Shown: positions 12,145 through 25,392 of the stretch, piece after piece | Numbering within the stretch: position 1 is the first letter of the stretch | Layout: every line of letters begins with the position of its first letter | From: Scyliorhinus canicula | Lineage: Eukaryota | DNA length: 64,000 nt | Reading direction: 5' to 3' | Assembly (NCBI RefSeq): GCF_902713615.1 | Contig: NC_052146.1 | Span: 192,839,199 to 192,903,198 of the forward strand | Notes under the pieces: generated by a model | Database searches by the model: none | Told to the model about the DNA's origin: nothing | Seen by the model: only the letters and a program-made list of their open reading frames with translations | Position numbers and translations under genes: made by a program

Positions 12145-12914
12145 AACTGGGCCATGTCTGACAAGTAGTCAGGTAATGGGTTGATTTATGACAATTTTGT
12201 CCCTGTTACAAATGTGCTTGCAGTGGCTACAACAATGCAGGATTGCTACGTTGACGATATCTGCTGTGGACCACAGCCAAGCGAGTAAAGATATGAGGTC
12301 TTTAAATAAACTGTGAAAGCACTATAGTGTCATCCTGGGAAAAACACTTGCTTATTTCATGTAGCTCCCCCGTCTCACTGCCTGAAAAATGAAGGGCTCA
12401 GACAAATCGGGACACATCCTATCAACACTCAACGCTTGACAGTATCCAGACAGAGAGTGCAAGGCAAGGTCATATTGAACTTTTCTCTGCTAATTGGCTA
12501 GAGTGGTGGTAGTGGGATGGATTTAGATGGTCAGTAATGTTTTGGCATCAAATCAAATTTGGCATGGAGAGGAGACTAATGGAAGAGCTGGTCATTTTGT
12601 TTTTGTGTTTATGGTCCGAATGTTTCTTAAATCAAAGTAACCTTAAAGTATCTGAGGAAAGTATTTTCACATATTTATTTAACCCTTATTCCGAGGAAAT
12701 ATGCAATTGCTACCAAAGGCAGAAGCTGGAACTCCGGTTAGAAAATGAAGCCCCAAGGACTGAATAAAAAAACACTTGCATTTTTTTAGCGCCTTCAACA
12801 AAGCACTTTACAGCCAATTATGTATTTTGAAGTTTAGTCGTTGTAGAAAATGCTGCGGCCAATTTGAGCAGAGCAAGCTCCCACAAACGCCAATGAGGTA
12901 ATGACCTGGCTCTG

Positions 12915-13480
12915 CTTATTCCCGCTTTTGTTACTTCCTAGACTCAACTATTCCAATGCACCCCTGGCTGATCGCTCACATTTTACTTTCCATAAACTTG
13001 AGGTCATCCAAATCTCTACTGCCTGTGTCTTAGTCTACACCAAATTTTGTTCCCTTTTCATCCCTGTGCATGCTCACCTACATTAACTCCTGGTCAACAA
13101 CTTCTTGATTTTTACCATTCTCATCCTTTTCAAATTCCACCATGGACTCGGTCACCCCTATCTCTGTAATCTTCTATCTTCTTCATTCCCACAGCCCTCT
13201 TGAGATATCTGCGCTTCTCTAGTGTGCCTTCAGTTGCCCAGGTCTCAATCTCTGGGGTTTAAACCCCCCCCCCCCCCCTCCCCCTCCACGCCTCTCCGCC
13301 CTTCTGCCTTGCTTTCCTCCTGTAAAACATTCCTTAAAACCAACCTCTTTGACCAAGCTTTTAGTCATTTGGCCTAATATGTCTATATATGGCTCTGTGT
13401 CATACTTTGTTCTTTAATGTTCCTGTGAAGCAGCTAGGGATGTCTCATTACGACAAAGGTGCAATCTAAAAATAAATTGT
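12915..13480 (+). mobile_element. L2-clade LINE 3' fragment (similar remnants at about 26080-26540, 37620-37806, 52300-52580 and 55860-56220)
   Basis: RLNYSNA…HKLEVIQ…IPVHAHLH, followed by an L2-like 3' UTR. Confidence 0.7.
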
Positions 13481-14419
13481 TTTTGATTTGAGAGATAAAT
13501 ATTAGCCAAGAAATTGAGAACGCCCTGGTTCTTGGTGCCATGGATCTTTTACGCCTACCTGAGAGGGCTGAGATGGCCTTAGTTTAATGTCTTATTTGAA
13601 AGATGGCACCTATGGTAGTGTAGCACTACTTCAGTACTATATGGGAATGTCAGCCTGAATCTGTAAAGTGGGTCTTGAACCCACAACTTTATGACTCGGA
13701 GGTGAGAATGGCACAAACTGAGCTGTGGGTGACACTTTGAAGAACCGCAAAGCTGATGCCCAAAGTAAGAGTCTTCTATGAGGAAAAACTAGAGATACAA
13801 GCGGTTGAACTTGCAAAGGTAGTTTCCAAGAGCTGATCTTGTGTAGGAACCATGAAGGAAATGGTAAGGAGATATCTAGATTATTATTTCAAGGTAAATT
13901 GTAGTAGTAGGACAAAAGATTGATGGCAGAAATATTTCTTGCAGCGTGTGAGCAATGCATGGAATTTTGTCGCCACGGCAAAATCCTGGATGCTGCAAAG
14001 AACTGGATGAACTAGAATGGGCCTCATGTACATAGTTATTGTGATTTGGTGACAACATTGTGTTTTAAAGGCCATAGGCTGAAGGAGTAATAAAATCCTG
14101 CTGGAAGTAAGGTTTCCAATTTTAAATTTGTTGGGAGAAGTAAATGCATGAGAAATCGTTCATTTGGAGTTGAGGAGAAATGAGGTTGCCAAAACTGACA
14201 GCTTGGTAAATGGGTATATCAATGACCAGTCCGGCACTTGGAGGGTTATCAAGTTTTATTTTTTTAAATCTTATGATTAAAACTGGAGAAATAAGTATGT
14301 GGACAAGGATTTTTGAACTGAGGGTGAAGATCCGACTGTTGGAGCTGGACTCGATGCCAGGGATCCAAGGCAATAAGGGGCTGTTCACTATCCTAATATA
14401 TTCCTCAGCCCCGATACAA

Positions 14420-14810
14420 TGAGTAGCAATCACCTCTTAAGGCTGTGGGTTCAAGTGCCATTCCAGCGACTTTGAGTGCCGAATTTGGGCTGTGCCTCCC
14501 AATACAATGCTACGGGACTGTTGTATTGTTGGAGGTATTGTTTTTAGGATGAGGCATTAAAACAAAGTCATGTCTGCTCTCTCAGATCAGTGTATGAAGA
14601 AAAGCAGAGGAGTTCCTTTTGACATCCAGATCAATATTTATCCTTCAATCAACCACATTAGATAAACATCTGGTCATTATCTCTTGATGTTTATGGGACC
14701 GTATTGTGTTCAAATCATGCAATGGTTACACTTCAAAAATGCAGCTTTAGCTGTAGTGTTTTGGGGTGCCTTAATGTTGCAACGGCAGTATAAAAATGCA
14801 AGTACTTTTC
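14420..14810 (+). mobile_element. DeuSINE (SacSINE1/AmnSINE1-related), old copy; others at about 1215-1815, 11545-11905, 13485-13735, 15370-15612, 18075-18412, 25520-25950, 36740-37455, 42640-43060, and 45115-45335 plus 51370-51545
   Basis: Recurrent Deu-domain-like text: aatatttatcc.tc…gattatctggtcatta…ttgctg..tg.gg.agcttgctgtgc..aaattggct, with tail gtgactacacttcaaaa…aaatgcaagt. Confidence 0.7.
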
Positions 14811-15116
14811 AGAACATGGATGAATCTGGCACATTGTCTGTATATTTTCTCTGCATTGATTCCAGTGTTTGAATGTTTTCCTTGAATCTCAATGACCAGA
14901 ATGGGACAGTGCTACTTGTGCAGTCTGACCAGAGTCCTGTATTATGTGTTCATAACTTCCTCAAATTCTTTTTGTCTATGTCCTTTCAACTTCCTACTGG
15001 GCTTTGAGAAATGAGACTTCCCAGTTTATCATGTTTCCTTTCCAGGTTTTCAGTTGACCTCAGCCTTGACTCCTTTGCTTCAATTTGCAAAAACAACAAT
15101 CACCCTCTCCTCTGAA

Positions 15117-15305
15117 GAAAACGAAATGAAATGAAAATCGCTTATTGTCACGAGTAGGCTTCAATGAAGTTACTGTGAAAAGCCCCTAGTCGCCACATTC
15201 TAGCGCCTGTTCGGGGAGGCTGGTACAGGAATTGAACCGTGTTGCTGGCCTGTCTTGGTCTGCTTTCAAAGCCAGCGATTTAGCCCAGTGTGCTAAACCA
15301 GCCCC
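15117..15305 (-). mobile_element. tRNA-derived SINE with a (TTTCA)n tail
   Basis: Head ggggctggtttagcac…ggttcaattcc. The tail module (gtcac.agtaggct…aatgaagttactgtgaaaa on +) recurs at about 11690-11741 and 55206-55290. Confidence 0.75.
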
Positions 15306-17056
15306 TATGGTAGTGGTTTAAAAATAAAAGTCCAAATTCAGGAGGAGGTTTTTGCTCTCCTGTGTGTATGTTTTAAATCAATCGCTAGAGATAGCTGTCC
15401 TGCTCTTAAATAGTACCATGAAATCTTTTACATCCGTCCAAGAAGGCAGCCAAAGCCTCAGTTCATCCGAAAAACAGCGCTATCGCGGTGCAGCACTCTC
15501 TGTGGTGTATTTCAAAGTCAGCCTTGAGCACAAAGAACAGGTCCTGAAGTGGAATTTGAACCCACAACCTTCCAACTATAGGTGAAAGTGCTACCAACTG
15601 ACTGCAGCTGATAAGTGTTCAAAATTGGGCGTTTTAAGAGTAAATAAGGATAAACTAATTCCACTGACTAAATCTAGCTGTGACTAGAACAGATTTAAAA
15701 TAAATGGCAAAAAGATCAGGGGGGGTGATGGGTTTCTATGCAGCAATTTATTTATTTTAATTTGTTTTTAAATATCTGCATAAGAGTGCGATGGAACCAG
15801 ATTCATAATTTTCAAATGGGAATTGGATAAATTCTAACATCTTGCATAACATGTCAATAGTTTGGAGGAGGGAAGGGGGTTGGTAGGGGAAAGCCGATCA
15901 GTGGGGCTAATTGGGTAGCTCTTTTGCGGAGCTGCCATTGGCATGGTGGGTAATGGGTCATCTCGTGTTGTATGATTTTGTGAAAACTTTAAATTGACTA
16001 TATGTTTATTTTTGTGGGATATTAAAGGGTATGGAGAATGAATAGGACACTGAGATTAGTGAATAAGAGAGTGGAATTACACTGGGTGGGCAGGATTTTA
16101 ACGCAGGGTTTGGAACCTCAAAGTTCGGACTAACTGGTGGACCTGAGCCTGCACTTGCTGGCAGTATGACAAGCTCAGCAATTTAACCAGTGGTAGTTTC
16201 CTAATTGGCCCTCTTGAGTTCATTGTTCAATTAAGGGCACAGACCCTGGTTGCTGCCAGTTCAGTCAAAGGACAAGCAGGATTGGGAGAGTGCCTCACCA
16301 TGCAGACATCCTATTAAGAATTAAGTGTAAAATGAAAATTCAGAGGGACCAAACCAAACAATCGGGCTGCTCCAGATAACCTGTTGCAGCCATGGTGGAG
16401 GGAGGTCTGATCTTCCTTGTCCACAGCGCATCCTTCCCTAACTGGGGCCATAATTACTTAAATCAGCTGCCTGCCTTCATTCAACGAGCAGCTGATGTGC
16501 ATCACATCCTGCTCCAGCAGCAGGAGCTGAGTCAGAGCTACGTCTCCCAATCCATCACTCTGAGGATGGGAAAACCTTGTCTGATGTGATATTAAAGGTC
16601 TGGGAATTGGGATTAAGATGTGTTCATGTGATAGTAAATTGATGGGCAGAATGTCCTTATTCAGTAGAATGATAACAGAAAATTGGGGGACCAGATTAGG
16701 ATATGTAGAATATGCCTTTATTCTGCAGCATACGCTGTAACATTGTTGAATGCAACCTGTTTTTTTTAATGATGCAGTTAGTCTACCAGTCATAATACAG
16801 TCATTTTTACGCACAATTTAATTATCCAAAATTTCACATCAAGTAGCCCAATTAAAATAGCAATGTTTTATTAAAAAAAGAACACAACAATGATTCTCCA
16901 GGGAACAGGGTACATCCATTTTATAAAAGATAAATGATCCACTGATACAACATTGATGCAATTATTTCCTTCGATCTATCCCCTTTTTAAGTTGAAACAT
17001 TTTCTTTTGGTGTGCATATATAATATATATATGCACTATAGAAAATCCACCATCTG

Positions 17057-17541
17057 TTTTTTTTTATAAATTTAGAATACCCAATTCATTTTTTCCAATT
17101 AAGGGGCAATGTAGCGTGGCCAATCCACCTAGCCTGCACATCTTTTTTTTAAATAAATTTAGATTACCCAATTATTTTTATTTATTTTTTCCAATTAAGG
17201 GGCAATTTAGTGTGGCCAATCCACCTACTCTGCACATTTTTGGGTTGTGGGGGCGAAACCCACGCAAACATGGGGAGAATGTGCAAACTCCACACGGACA
17301 GTGACCCAGAGCCGGGATCAAACCTGGGACCTCAGCGCCGTGAGGCAGCTGTGCTAACCACTAGGCCACCATGCTGCCCTTAGCCTGCACATCTTTTGGA
17401 TTGTGGGGGCGAAACCCACGCAAACATGGGGAGAATGTGCAAACTCCACACGGACAGTGACCCAGAGCCAGGATCGAACCTGGGACCTCGGCGCCGTGAG
17501 GCAGCAGGGCTAACCCACTGCGCCACCGTGCTGCCCTGAAC
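17057..17541 (-). mobile_element. Short V-SINE carrying a second copy (about 17146-17380) inserted in its body
   Basis: Outer TSD atccaccatctg and inner TSD tagcctgcacatcttt. Confidence 0.92.
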
Positions 17542-18412
17542 ATCCACCATCTGCTAACTCTAATAATTCAAAAGATTTTATTGATCGGTAAAGTGAGGTG
17601 CCTGCTTGTTTGGTGAACTGAACATTCTGAATTCTCCGTCAGTGTACCCGAACAGGTGCCACTGGAATGTCACTCAGCATCTTGAACCAGCCATCCAACC
17701 AACTGAGCTAAACCTGCCCAAAATAAACAGTAGCAAGCTGGGAGAATGGGAGAAGTGAGATTAATAGTAAAGGAAAGTCGCCATAGACCCAGATGAGCAT
17801 AGGCTGCTTCCCCCTTTGAGGGGTAGAGCTGACTGGTGGTGATTTAACCTGAGGGTCACCGCACCTCGGCCAAAAGGGCAAGGTTGAGAAAGCGGTGCCT
17901 TCATGAATAACCTCAGCCGGTACAGGAATTGAACCTGCACTGTTCACCTCACTGCATCGCGAACCAGCTGTCCAGCCAACTGAGCTAAACCTCCTCTCCC
18001 CTCACCCTGGCTTCCTATACAATAAATTCATTCAGACCCAGCCTTTGAGGTTTTCTTGTATAATGCAATACTGAGGAACTTATGGTAGTACAGCCTCTCA
18101 GTCGGAAAGCTATGGGTTCAAGCCCTACTCCAGGACTTGAGCATGTTATCCAGGCTGTGCTGACCCTCCATCAGTACTGTCAGAGGTGCTGCATTTCAGA
18201 TGCAATGTTGAGCCAAGGCCCAGTCGGCCCCCTCAGGTGGATGTTAAAGATCTCTTGGCACAATTCGAAGAAGACCAGAAGGGTTCTCCCTATTATATCC
18301 TGGTCAGCATTTGTCCCCACACCAAGTTACCATAAACAGATTATCTTGTGATTACCACATGGCTGTTTGAGGAAGCTTGCTCTGAGTAAATTGGCTGCTC
18401 ATTTTCTACGTA

Positions 18413-19337
18413 ACAAAGAGCAGTACAGCACAGGAACTCCAAGCCTGCGCCGATCACATGTCCTTAATAGACCAACTGCCTGTATCCTTCTATACCCTGT
18501 CTGTTCATGTGCCTATTCAGATAAGTCTTAAAGGTCGCTAACATATCTGCCTCAACCATCTCATTTGGCAGTGCATTCCAGGCCACCACCACCCTCTGTG
18601 TAAAAACAATAAAATAAAACTTCTCCCGCACATCTCCACTGAATCTTTCCCCCGTCACCTTGAACTTGTGTCCCCTTGTAATTATCGTTTCCGCCCTGGG
18701 AAAAAGCCTCCAACTATTCACCGTATCTGTACCCTTAATTATTTTATAAACTTCTATCAGGTCGCCCCTTAGCCTCCATCTCTCTTGGGAGAACATTCTC
18801 AGTTTATTCAATCTCTCCTCATAGCTAATACCCTCCATACTAGGCAACATCCTGGTACGTCTTTTCTGTACTCTCTCCAAAGCTACCACGTCCTTCTGGT
18901 AGTGCGGTGACCAGAATTGGACACAGTATTCCAAATGTGGCCGAACCAACGTTCTATACAATTGTAACATAATTTTCGAGCTTTTATACTCGATACCCCG
19001 TCCTAAGAAGGCAAGCATGCGATATGCTTTCTTTACCACCATTTCCACTTGTGCTGCCATTTATAAGAATCTGTGGACCTGCACGCCCAGATCTGTGTCT
19101 CTTTGCTCCTGATGGTTCTGCCATTTATTTTATAGCTCCCACCTGAATTGGATCTACCAAAATGGATCACTTCACATTTGTGCGGGTTAAGTTTCATCTG
19201 CCATTTTGCTGCCCAATTGTGCAGCCTATCTATATCCTGTTGTATTCTCTGACAATCTTCATCACTATCCGCAACTCCTGTAATCTTAGTATCATCCGCA
19301 AACTTGCTAATCAGACCCACTACATTTCTTCCAAGTC

Positions 19338-19373
<36 letters not shown>

Positions 19374-20030
19374 CAAAGAGCAGAGGTCCCATAACCGATC
19401 CCTGCAGAACACCACTAGTTACAGACCCCAAATCGGAAAACACTCTTCCACTGCCACCCTCTGTCTTCTGTGGCCAAGCCAGTTCTGGATCCATCCAGCT
19501 AGTTCACCCCTGACCCCATGTGATCTAATCTTTTGCACCCAACCTGCCATGAGGGACCTTATCAAATGCTTTACTAAAGTCCATATAGACAACATCCACA
19601 GCCCTTCCCTCGTCAATCATTTTTGTCACCACCTCAAAAAATTCAATCAAATTAGTGAGACATGACCTCCCTTGTACAAAACCATGCTGTCTATCACTAA
19701 GAAGACCAGTCACTTCCAAATGTGCATAGATCCTATCTCTGAGAATCTTTTCCAACAATTACACTACGACTGACGTCAAGTTCACTGGCCTATAATTATC
19801 CGGATTATCTTTGCAACCCTCTTAAATAACAGCACAACATTGGCTATCCTCCAATCCTCTAGGATCTCACCTGTGGCCAATGGGGACACAGATTTCTGTC
19901 AGGCCCAGCGATTTCATCTCTTGCTTCCCTCTGAAATCTGGGATAGATGCCATCTGGCTCTGGGAATTTGTCTACCTTAATGCTTTTTAACACACCTAAC
20001 ACTTCCTCTCTCATAATAATGACCTGTTCT
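18413..20030 (-). mobile_element. CR1/HER1 LINE, 5'-truncated, inserted in a DeuSINE
   Basis: QHGFVQGRSCLTNL, YMDFSKAFDKVPH, SKFADDTK and LVRPHLEYCVQFWSP. Its 3' tail (gtgctgtactg.tct) is shared with the long HE1 SINEs. Confidence 0.92.
19341..19370. repeat. (TA)15 microsatellite inside the CR1
   Basis: Directly visible. Confidence 0.95.
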
Positions 20031-21485
20031 AATCCAATTATTTAGCTGTAAAGTGCTTTGGGATGTCCTGAAGTTGTGGAAGACACTACTAATCCAAGTC
20101 TTTCTTTTCAATTTGATAATGGTGAAGAAAGTGACCTTTTAATTAATTCACCCCGAGACCAGGAGAGCAACAAAAGAGCACAAATGGAAGGGTATATTCT
20201 GTCCGTGATAAAAGCTCTTCCAATGGTGAATAAAGATGTATTAAATGGATGAAATGGTAAATGGGGAAATATTTACACTTCTGTTGTTATGGCAAACTAA
20301 AGAATAGTGGTCACATTCAGTGTCATTTAAATTTGATTCAGTCGAAAGTACCTGGAAGTTTTGCTGCCCTTCGGTTTGAGATATGCTATGGTGTACTGAC
20401 ATTTAGTGACCACTGGTCGCGGCACAGTCACTCACCTCTGTTGGCAGAGCAGGAGATCTAGAGGCACTGCACTTGAATCCTGTGTATATTTAGCCCTGTT
20501 GCTATACACACCAGCAGACCACGTTTTGCTGCAGTTCATCCAAATACCCATTTCTCACAAAAGCAATGAATCTCAGTAGTTCAATATGCTGCCTCTCCAA
20601 AATTTCATATGCTCATGCAGACACTCTCTTACGCAACCTTGCATACTTATACATGCGCACACCCACTCAGAAACACACCCTTGCATTATACACAAGAGGT
20701 GACATGGTGACACAGTGGTTAGCACTGCTGCTTCACCAAGCCAGGGACCCTGGTTCAATTCCAGCCTTGGTTGACTGGAGTTTGAACTTTCTCCCAATGT
20801 CAGCATGGGTTTTCCCCTTGTCTGCATGAGGCAGCCCCACGCCATCAGGGAAACCCCTGGGCTGCCGGCAAAACGGAGCATCCCGCCGGTGGAAAATCCA
20901 GCCCTTGGTTTACATCAATTCCCTTTTGGAAATTATTATTGATACCACTTTCACCACCTTTCTGGCAGTCCCTTCTAGATCATAACTCATCTCCCCTCTA
21001 GTTCTTGTCCCAGTTACCTTAAATCGTTTGGATGCAGATCATCCTACTATGGAAACAGTCCTTTCCTATTTAGTCTATCAAAATCCCCTCATTTCGTACA
21101 TCTCTTCATTTCTTGATGACCTGCTTTCCTATTCTTTGCCCAGATTCTGTAACTTCTCCACCTAACTCTCTGGGACCATTCCAGGAAATCTTCTTTGCAC
21201 CCTCTTTCTTCCTAAAACGTGGTTCCCTCAATTGGGCATGATATTGCAGCTGAGGTCTATCCCGATCATTTGCAAAAGTTTCATGTAACTCCTGGCTTTT
21301 GTAATTTGTTAGAAAGCCTTCATGGTTTTCAATAGCCTTCTCGACTTGCCACCTTCAGAGATTTGTTTATGTAAATCCCAATTCCCTCTGTTCCTGCATC
21401 CCTTTAAAATTGTACTATTTAGCTTATGTTGCATCTTCTCATTCTTTCTTGTGTCACTTCACCATTCAAATTTTTCATTTTACAG

Positions 21486-21593
21486 ATGCCCATTGTGGAA
21501 AAGATTCGCACTATAGCACAGAAGGTTTACGGGGCTGAGGATATAGAGCTGTCACCTCATGCCCAAACTAAGGTGGATCTGTATGTCAATCAG
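21486..21593 (+). CDS. MTHFD1L: MTHFD1L internal coding exon (108 bp, phase 0/0), FTHFS domain: MPIVEKIRTIAQKVYGAEDIELSPHAQTKVDLYVNQ
   Basis: Polypyrimidine tract plus tacag| acceptor and cag|gtgaga donor. The peptide matches the formate-tetrahydrofolate ligase C-terminal region. PIV, IRTIAQ, VYGA and ELSP agree with recalled MTHFD1L rather than MTHFD1 (LPVEDKIRIIAQKIYGA). Confidence 0.95.
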
Positions 21594-21868
21594 GTGAGAA
21601 ACATTTAATGACCAAATTGCCTGTGAAGGCTTGGTATAGTATTTTTTTCTTGCTAAACAGAAGTATCGGGAGCTTAGATGAAGATATTCAAAAAAAGCCA
21701 CCCATGAGTTGTAATCCATGAGTTGTTTATGCAGTTTCTTTATTGCAGAGTAAACAATTATCGCAAGAAGCTTCACAGGGAAGTGAAATGGGCAACCGCA
21801 AATGGGAAAGTTGGGCAAAGTGAGCCAAGAACCGGGTTCCAATAGAAGGCTTTTCAGGATATGTTGGT

Positions 21869-21900
21869 TGGGGGGGGGGGGGGGGAAGAGGTGGTTGGGT

Positions 21901-21935
<35 letters not shown>

Positions 21936-21943
21936 GGAGGAGG
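21869..21943 (+). repeat. Poly-G tract (runs up to 34 G), G-quadruplex-capable
   Basis: Directly visible, about 275 bp downstream of the 21593 donor. Confidence 0.9.
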
Positions 21944-23977
21944 AGTACCAGAGAGGAGCGTAGATTGTACAGCAGAGAGGGCGAGAGTGCACATTGCAGG
22001 TAAAGGACATATCACTGATTGTACAGTAGGAGAGCATGTTGGACAGCTGAAGGCAGTATCGTTCAATAGCAATGGGAGAGAAAAAATACGTTCAACCCTT
22101 GATTTACATAGAATAAAAGGAAAGTACCCTGCAGACTAAGGATATTAAAGATTGCCATATTTTCACAAATCCTAGTCATGCAGCACAGAAAAGGCCCTTT
22201 GGCCCATTGAGTTTGCGCCAGTCAAAAACAACCACCTAATGATTGTAATCCCACTTGACCCATGGCCTTGTATGCCTTGGTATCAGAAGTGCACATCTAA
22301 ATACTTCTTAAATGATATGAGGATCTCTGCCTCCACCACCCTTTCAGGCAGGGGGTTCCACACTCGCACCACCTTCAAATCTGGCAGAATTCCAATGGAA
22401 ACCTTTTTTTAAAAAAAAGATACATAATAAACTACGTGTATTTAAAACAAAAAAAAAATTAAATTGGGCTTGTGCTCAAATGCAATCCATATGGGGATTA
22501 AATGTTTATCTCTAAAATAGCTTTTTGGGTGTAAGGAGTACATGTCAGAAAGTCACTGTACAGATTTTAAAAATTAAAATAACTTTTTTTTTAAAGTGTA
22601 AATTTAGAGTTCCCAATTCTTTCCAATTGAGGGGCAATTTAGTGTGGCCAATCCATCTACCCTGCACATCTTTTGGGTTTTGTGGGGGTGAGACTTGCGC
22701 AGACACGGGCAGAATGTGCAAATTCCACACGGACAGTGACCCAGGGCCAGGATCAAACCCGGGTCCTCGGTGCCATGAGGCAGCAGTGCTAACCACTGGG
22801 CTACCCCAATGAAAATAAATTCTTGACTTAGGCAGGGTGCAGAAGAGGTTTACTGGAATGGTATCAGGGATGTGTGACTTCAGTTACATGGAGAGACTAG
22901 TGAAACTGGGATTGTTCTCCTTGGAGCAGAGAAAGGGGATCAGACAGGTTTCAAACTCGGGTACAGTTTTGGTAGAGTATAGAAACATTAACTGTTCCAG
23001 TGGCAGAATGGTCAGAAACTAGAAGACGCTCATTTAGGCAGTTGGTAAAAAGCCAGAAGGAACATGAGGGGAAAATTTTTACAGTGTGTTATGATCTGGA
23101 ATGCAGCTCCTTGAAAGAATGCTGGAAACAGATCAATTTAATGGGAAATTACTTATTTGAAGAGGAAAAAAAATGGCACAGCTGAGGGGAAAAGGCAGAT
23201 GACTGGGCTCATTCAAAGAGCCAACACATGCACAGTGGACCAAATAGACTCCTCCTGAGTTCTACCATAGCTTGAACTGAAAGGCTTAAACTATCAGGAA
23301 AGATTGACCCTCCTGGGACTCTTCTCTGGAGAGGTTACAGAGTGGTGACCTAATAGAGGCCTTGGTTAAGAAGTCTTAATAGGGTAAACATAAGGAACAT
23401 GTTTCCCTTTGTGGGAGGCACCAAGACCAAGGGCCATAAATATAAGATGGTCACTAATAAATCCAATAAAGAATTCAGGAAAAGTTTATGAACCCAGAGA
23501 GTGGTTTAAAAAGTTTAACTTGTAACCATATGAAGCAATTGATGCAAATCATATAGATGCATTTATGGGAAAGCTAGATAAGTACATGAGGGAGAAAGGA
23601 ATAGAAGGATATATCATTGAGGTTATATGAAATAAGATGAAGGTGATGCATGTAGAGCATAAATACTGACGTGGACCAGTTGGGTTGAATGGACCGTGCT
23701 GAACATTCTAGTAATTTTATTTTAAAAGTACATGTTTGTAGAGTTGAGACTTATTTTGATAATTGTTTGACAGAAACGGATTAGGTTTTTAAAAATAATT
23801 TAAATCATTATCCGTTTTTGTAAACATGGTCCATGTTTGATCTGTCTTTTGTCGTGTGAAGATTCTGCCTTCAGTACAGGTCCAGTTTAACCAGTCCGAA
23901 GTATGTTCAATGTAGTTAACACCCGTGTCTGCTTTCCTGACGTGCTCAGTGACTAGTGTTTCTCCTTCCTGACTCAG

Positions 23978-24130
23978 GGCTTCGGGGAGCTGCCAATCTG
24001 CATGGCGAAGACCCATCTGTCACTTTCTCATCAATCCGAGCGTAAGGGGGTTCCCAGTGGATTCACTCTGCCAATCCGAGATGTGCGTGCCAGTATTGGG
24101 GCTGGCTTTATCTACCCGTTGGTGGGCACG
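23978..24130 (+). CDS. MTHFD1L: MTHFD1L internal coding exon (153 bp, phase 0/0): [51 protein letters not shown]
   Basis: tccttcctgactcag| acceptor and acg|gtaggt donor. Carries the [19 protein letters not shown] motif. SHQ and [13 protein letters not shown] are MTHFD1L-type residues. Joins in frame to both neighbouring exons. Confidence 0.96.
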
Positions 24131-24911
24131 GTAGGTAACAAGTTCCCAAAATGTGCGACATTTAACACAGGCCAAAGGGGTTGAAATTATGTAAATCCAT
24201 CAACACAGGTTGGCTAGATTTTCATTCTTCTCAATTGGGAGCAAAATGTTACCTTACTGTGAAGTAACTAGCAAAAGATTTGGATGAGAAATGAAGAGAA
24301 ATAATTTCCTTTGGGGCTTTCTGAGGTTGTGAAAGACATTGAATAAATGCAAGCTCTTCCTTTCTTACAAATTGCTTTCTTACTGCTTTCTTTTTACTGA
24401 TCCTTTGCTGGATCAAAATCCTGAAATCCCTCCCTAACAGCACTGAGTGTACCCACAGCACATGGACTGAAGCGGTTCAAGAAGATAGCTCACCACCACC
24501 TTTTCAAGGACAATTAGGAATGGGCAATAAATGCTGAACTAGTCAGCAACACCCACATCCCACAAATGCATTTTTAAAAACCACAAAAACAGTCGGTCGC
24601 TTATTTCTAATTATGTAATTATGCAATGAGGCAAATTCATTTTTTAAGAATGATACTGGGGATGAGAGATTTCAGTTATGTGCTGGAGTTATTCTTTTCC
24701 TTAGAACAGAGACAGTTATGGGCAGATTCAGTAAGAACATAGAACAGTACAGCACAGAACAGGCCCTTCGGCCCTCAATGTTGTGCCGAGCAATGATCAC
24801 CCTAATTAAACCCACGTAACCCATATACCCGTAACCCAACAATCCCCCCATTAACCTTACACTACGGGCAATTTATCATGGGGTGTATATAACTTTGGTA
24901 GAGTAATGAAA

Positions 24912-25121
24912 TAAAGTCGCCATAGTTACTGATTGCCGTAGGCTGCTTTCCCCGAGGTGACTGGTGATTTAACCTGAGGATCACCACACCTCAGGTGAGG
25001 GGCAAGGTTGGGAAGGCGGGCCTTCATGAATAACCTCAGCCGGTACGGAATTGAATCTGCACTTTTGGCCTTGCTCTGCATCACAAACTAGCTGTCCAGT
25101 CAATTGAGCTAAACCGGCCCC
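24912..25121 (-). mobile_element. tRNA-derived SINE with the same head type and a different tail (second copy at about 17765-17990)
   Basis: Head ggggccggtttagctc…gattcaattccgtacc and tail cctcaggttaaatcacc…ctatggcgacttt. Confidence 0.7.
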
Positions 25122-25245
25122 CATGTAGAGTAATAAGGAGAAACTGTTTCCGCTGGCAGGTAGGCCATTGACCAGAGGACACAGATAATTCAGGTTGTTA
25201 TCAAAAGAGCCAAAATGAGAATTTGTTTTACTCGGCAAGTGTGGA

Positions 25246-25392
25246 GGGGGGGGGGAGATATGATACATGCGTTGATACGGTCTGGGGGTGTTACAGTTGT
25301 TATGGGTTATTTTGTTGCATTTCATTGTTTGTTATATTTTATATTTTCTGTAAAAATAAATTCCAATAAAAATGATTTAAGAAAAAAAGAAA
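25246..25392 (+). mobile_element. Extreme 3' end of an L1 from the same family as the full-length copy
   Basis: tattttctgtaaaaa…ttccaataaaaa.gatttaa plus an A-run matches the reverse complement of 45351-45480. Confidence 0.75.

Noticed and set aside
1-21485. Search for the preceding MTHFD1L exon
   Set aside because: No matching peptide seen, so it presumably lies upstream of the window.
21552-22139. Poly-Pro and poly-Gly ORFs
   Set aside because: Translations of the poly-G tract.
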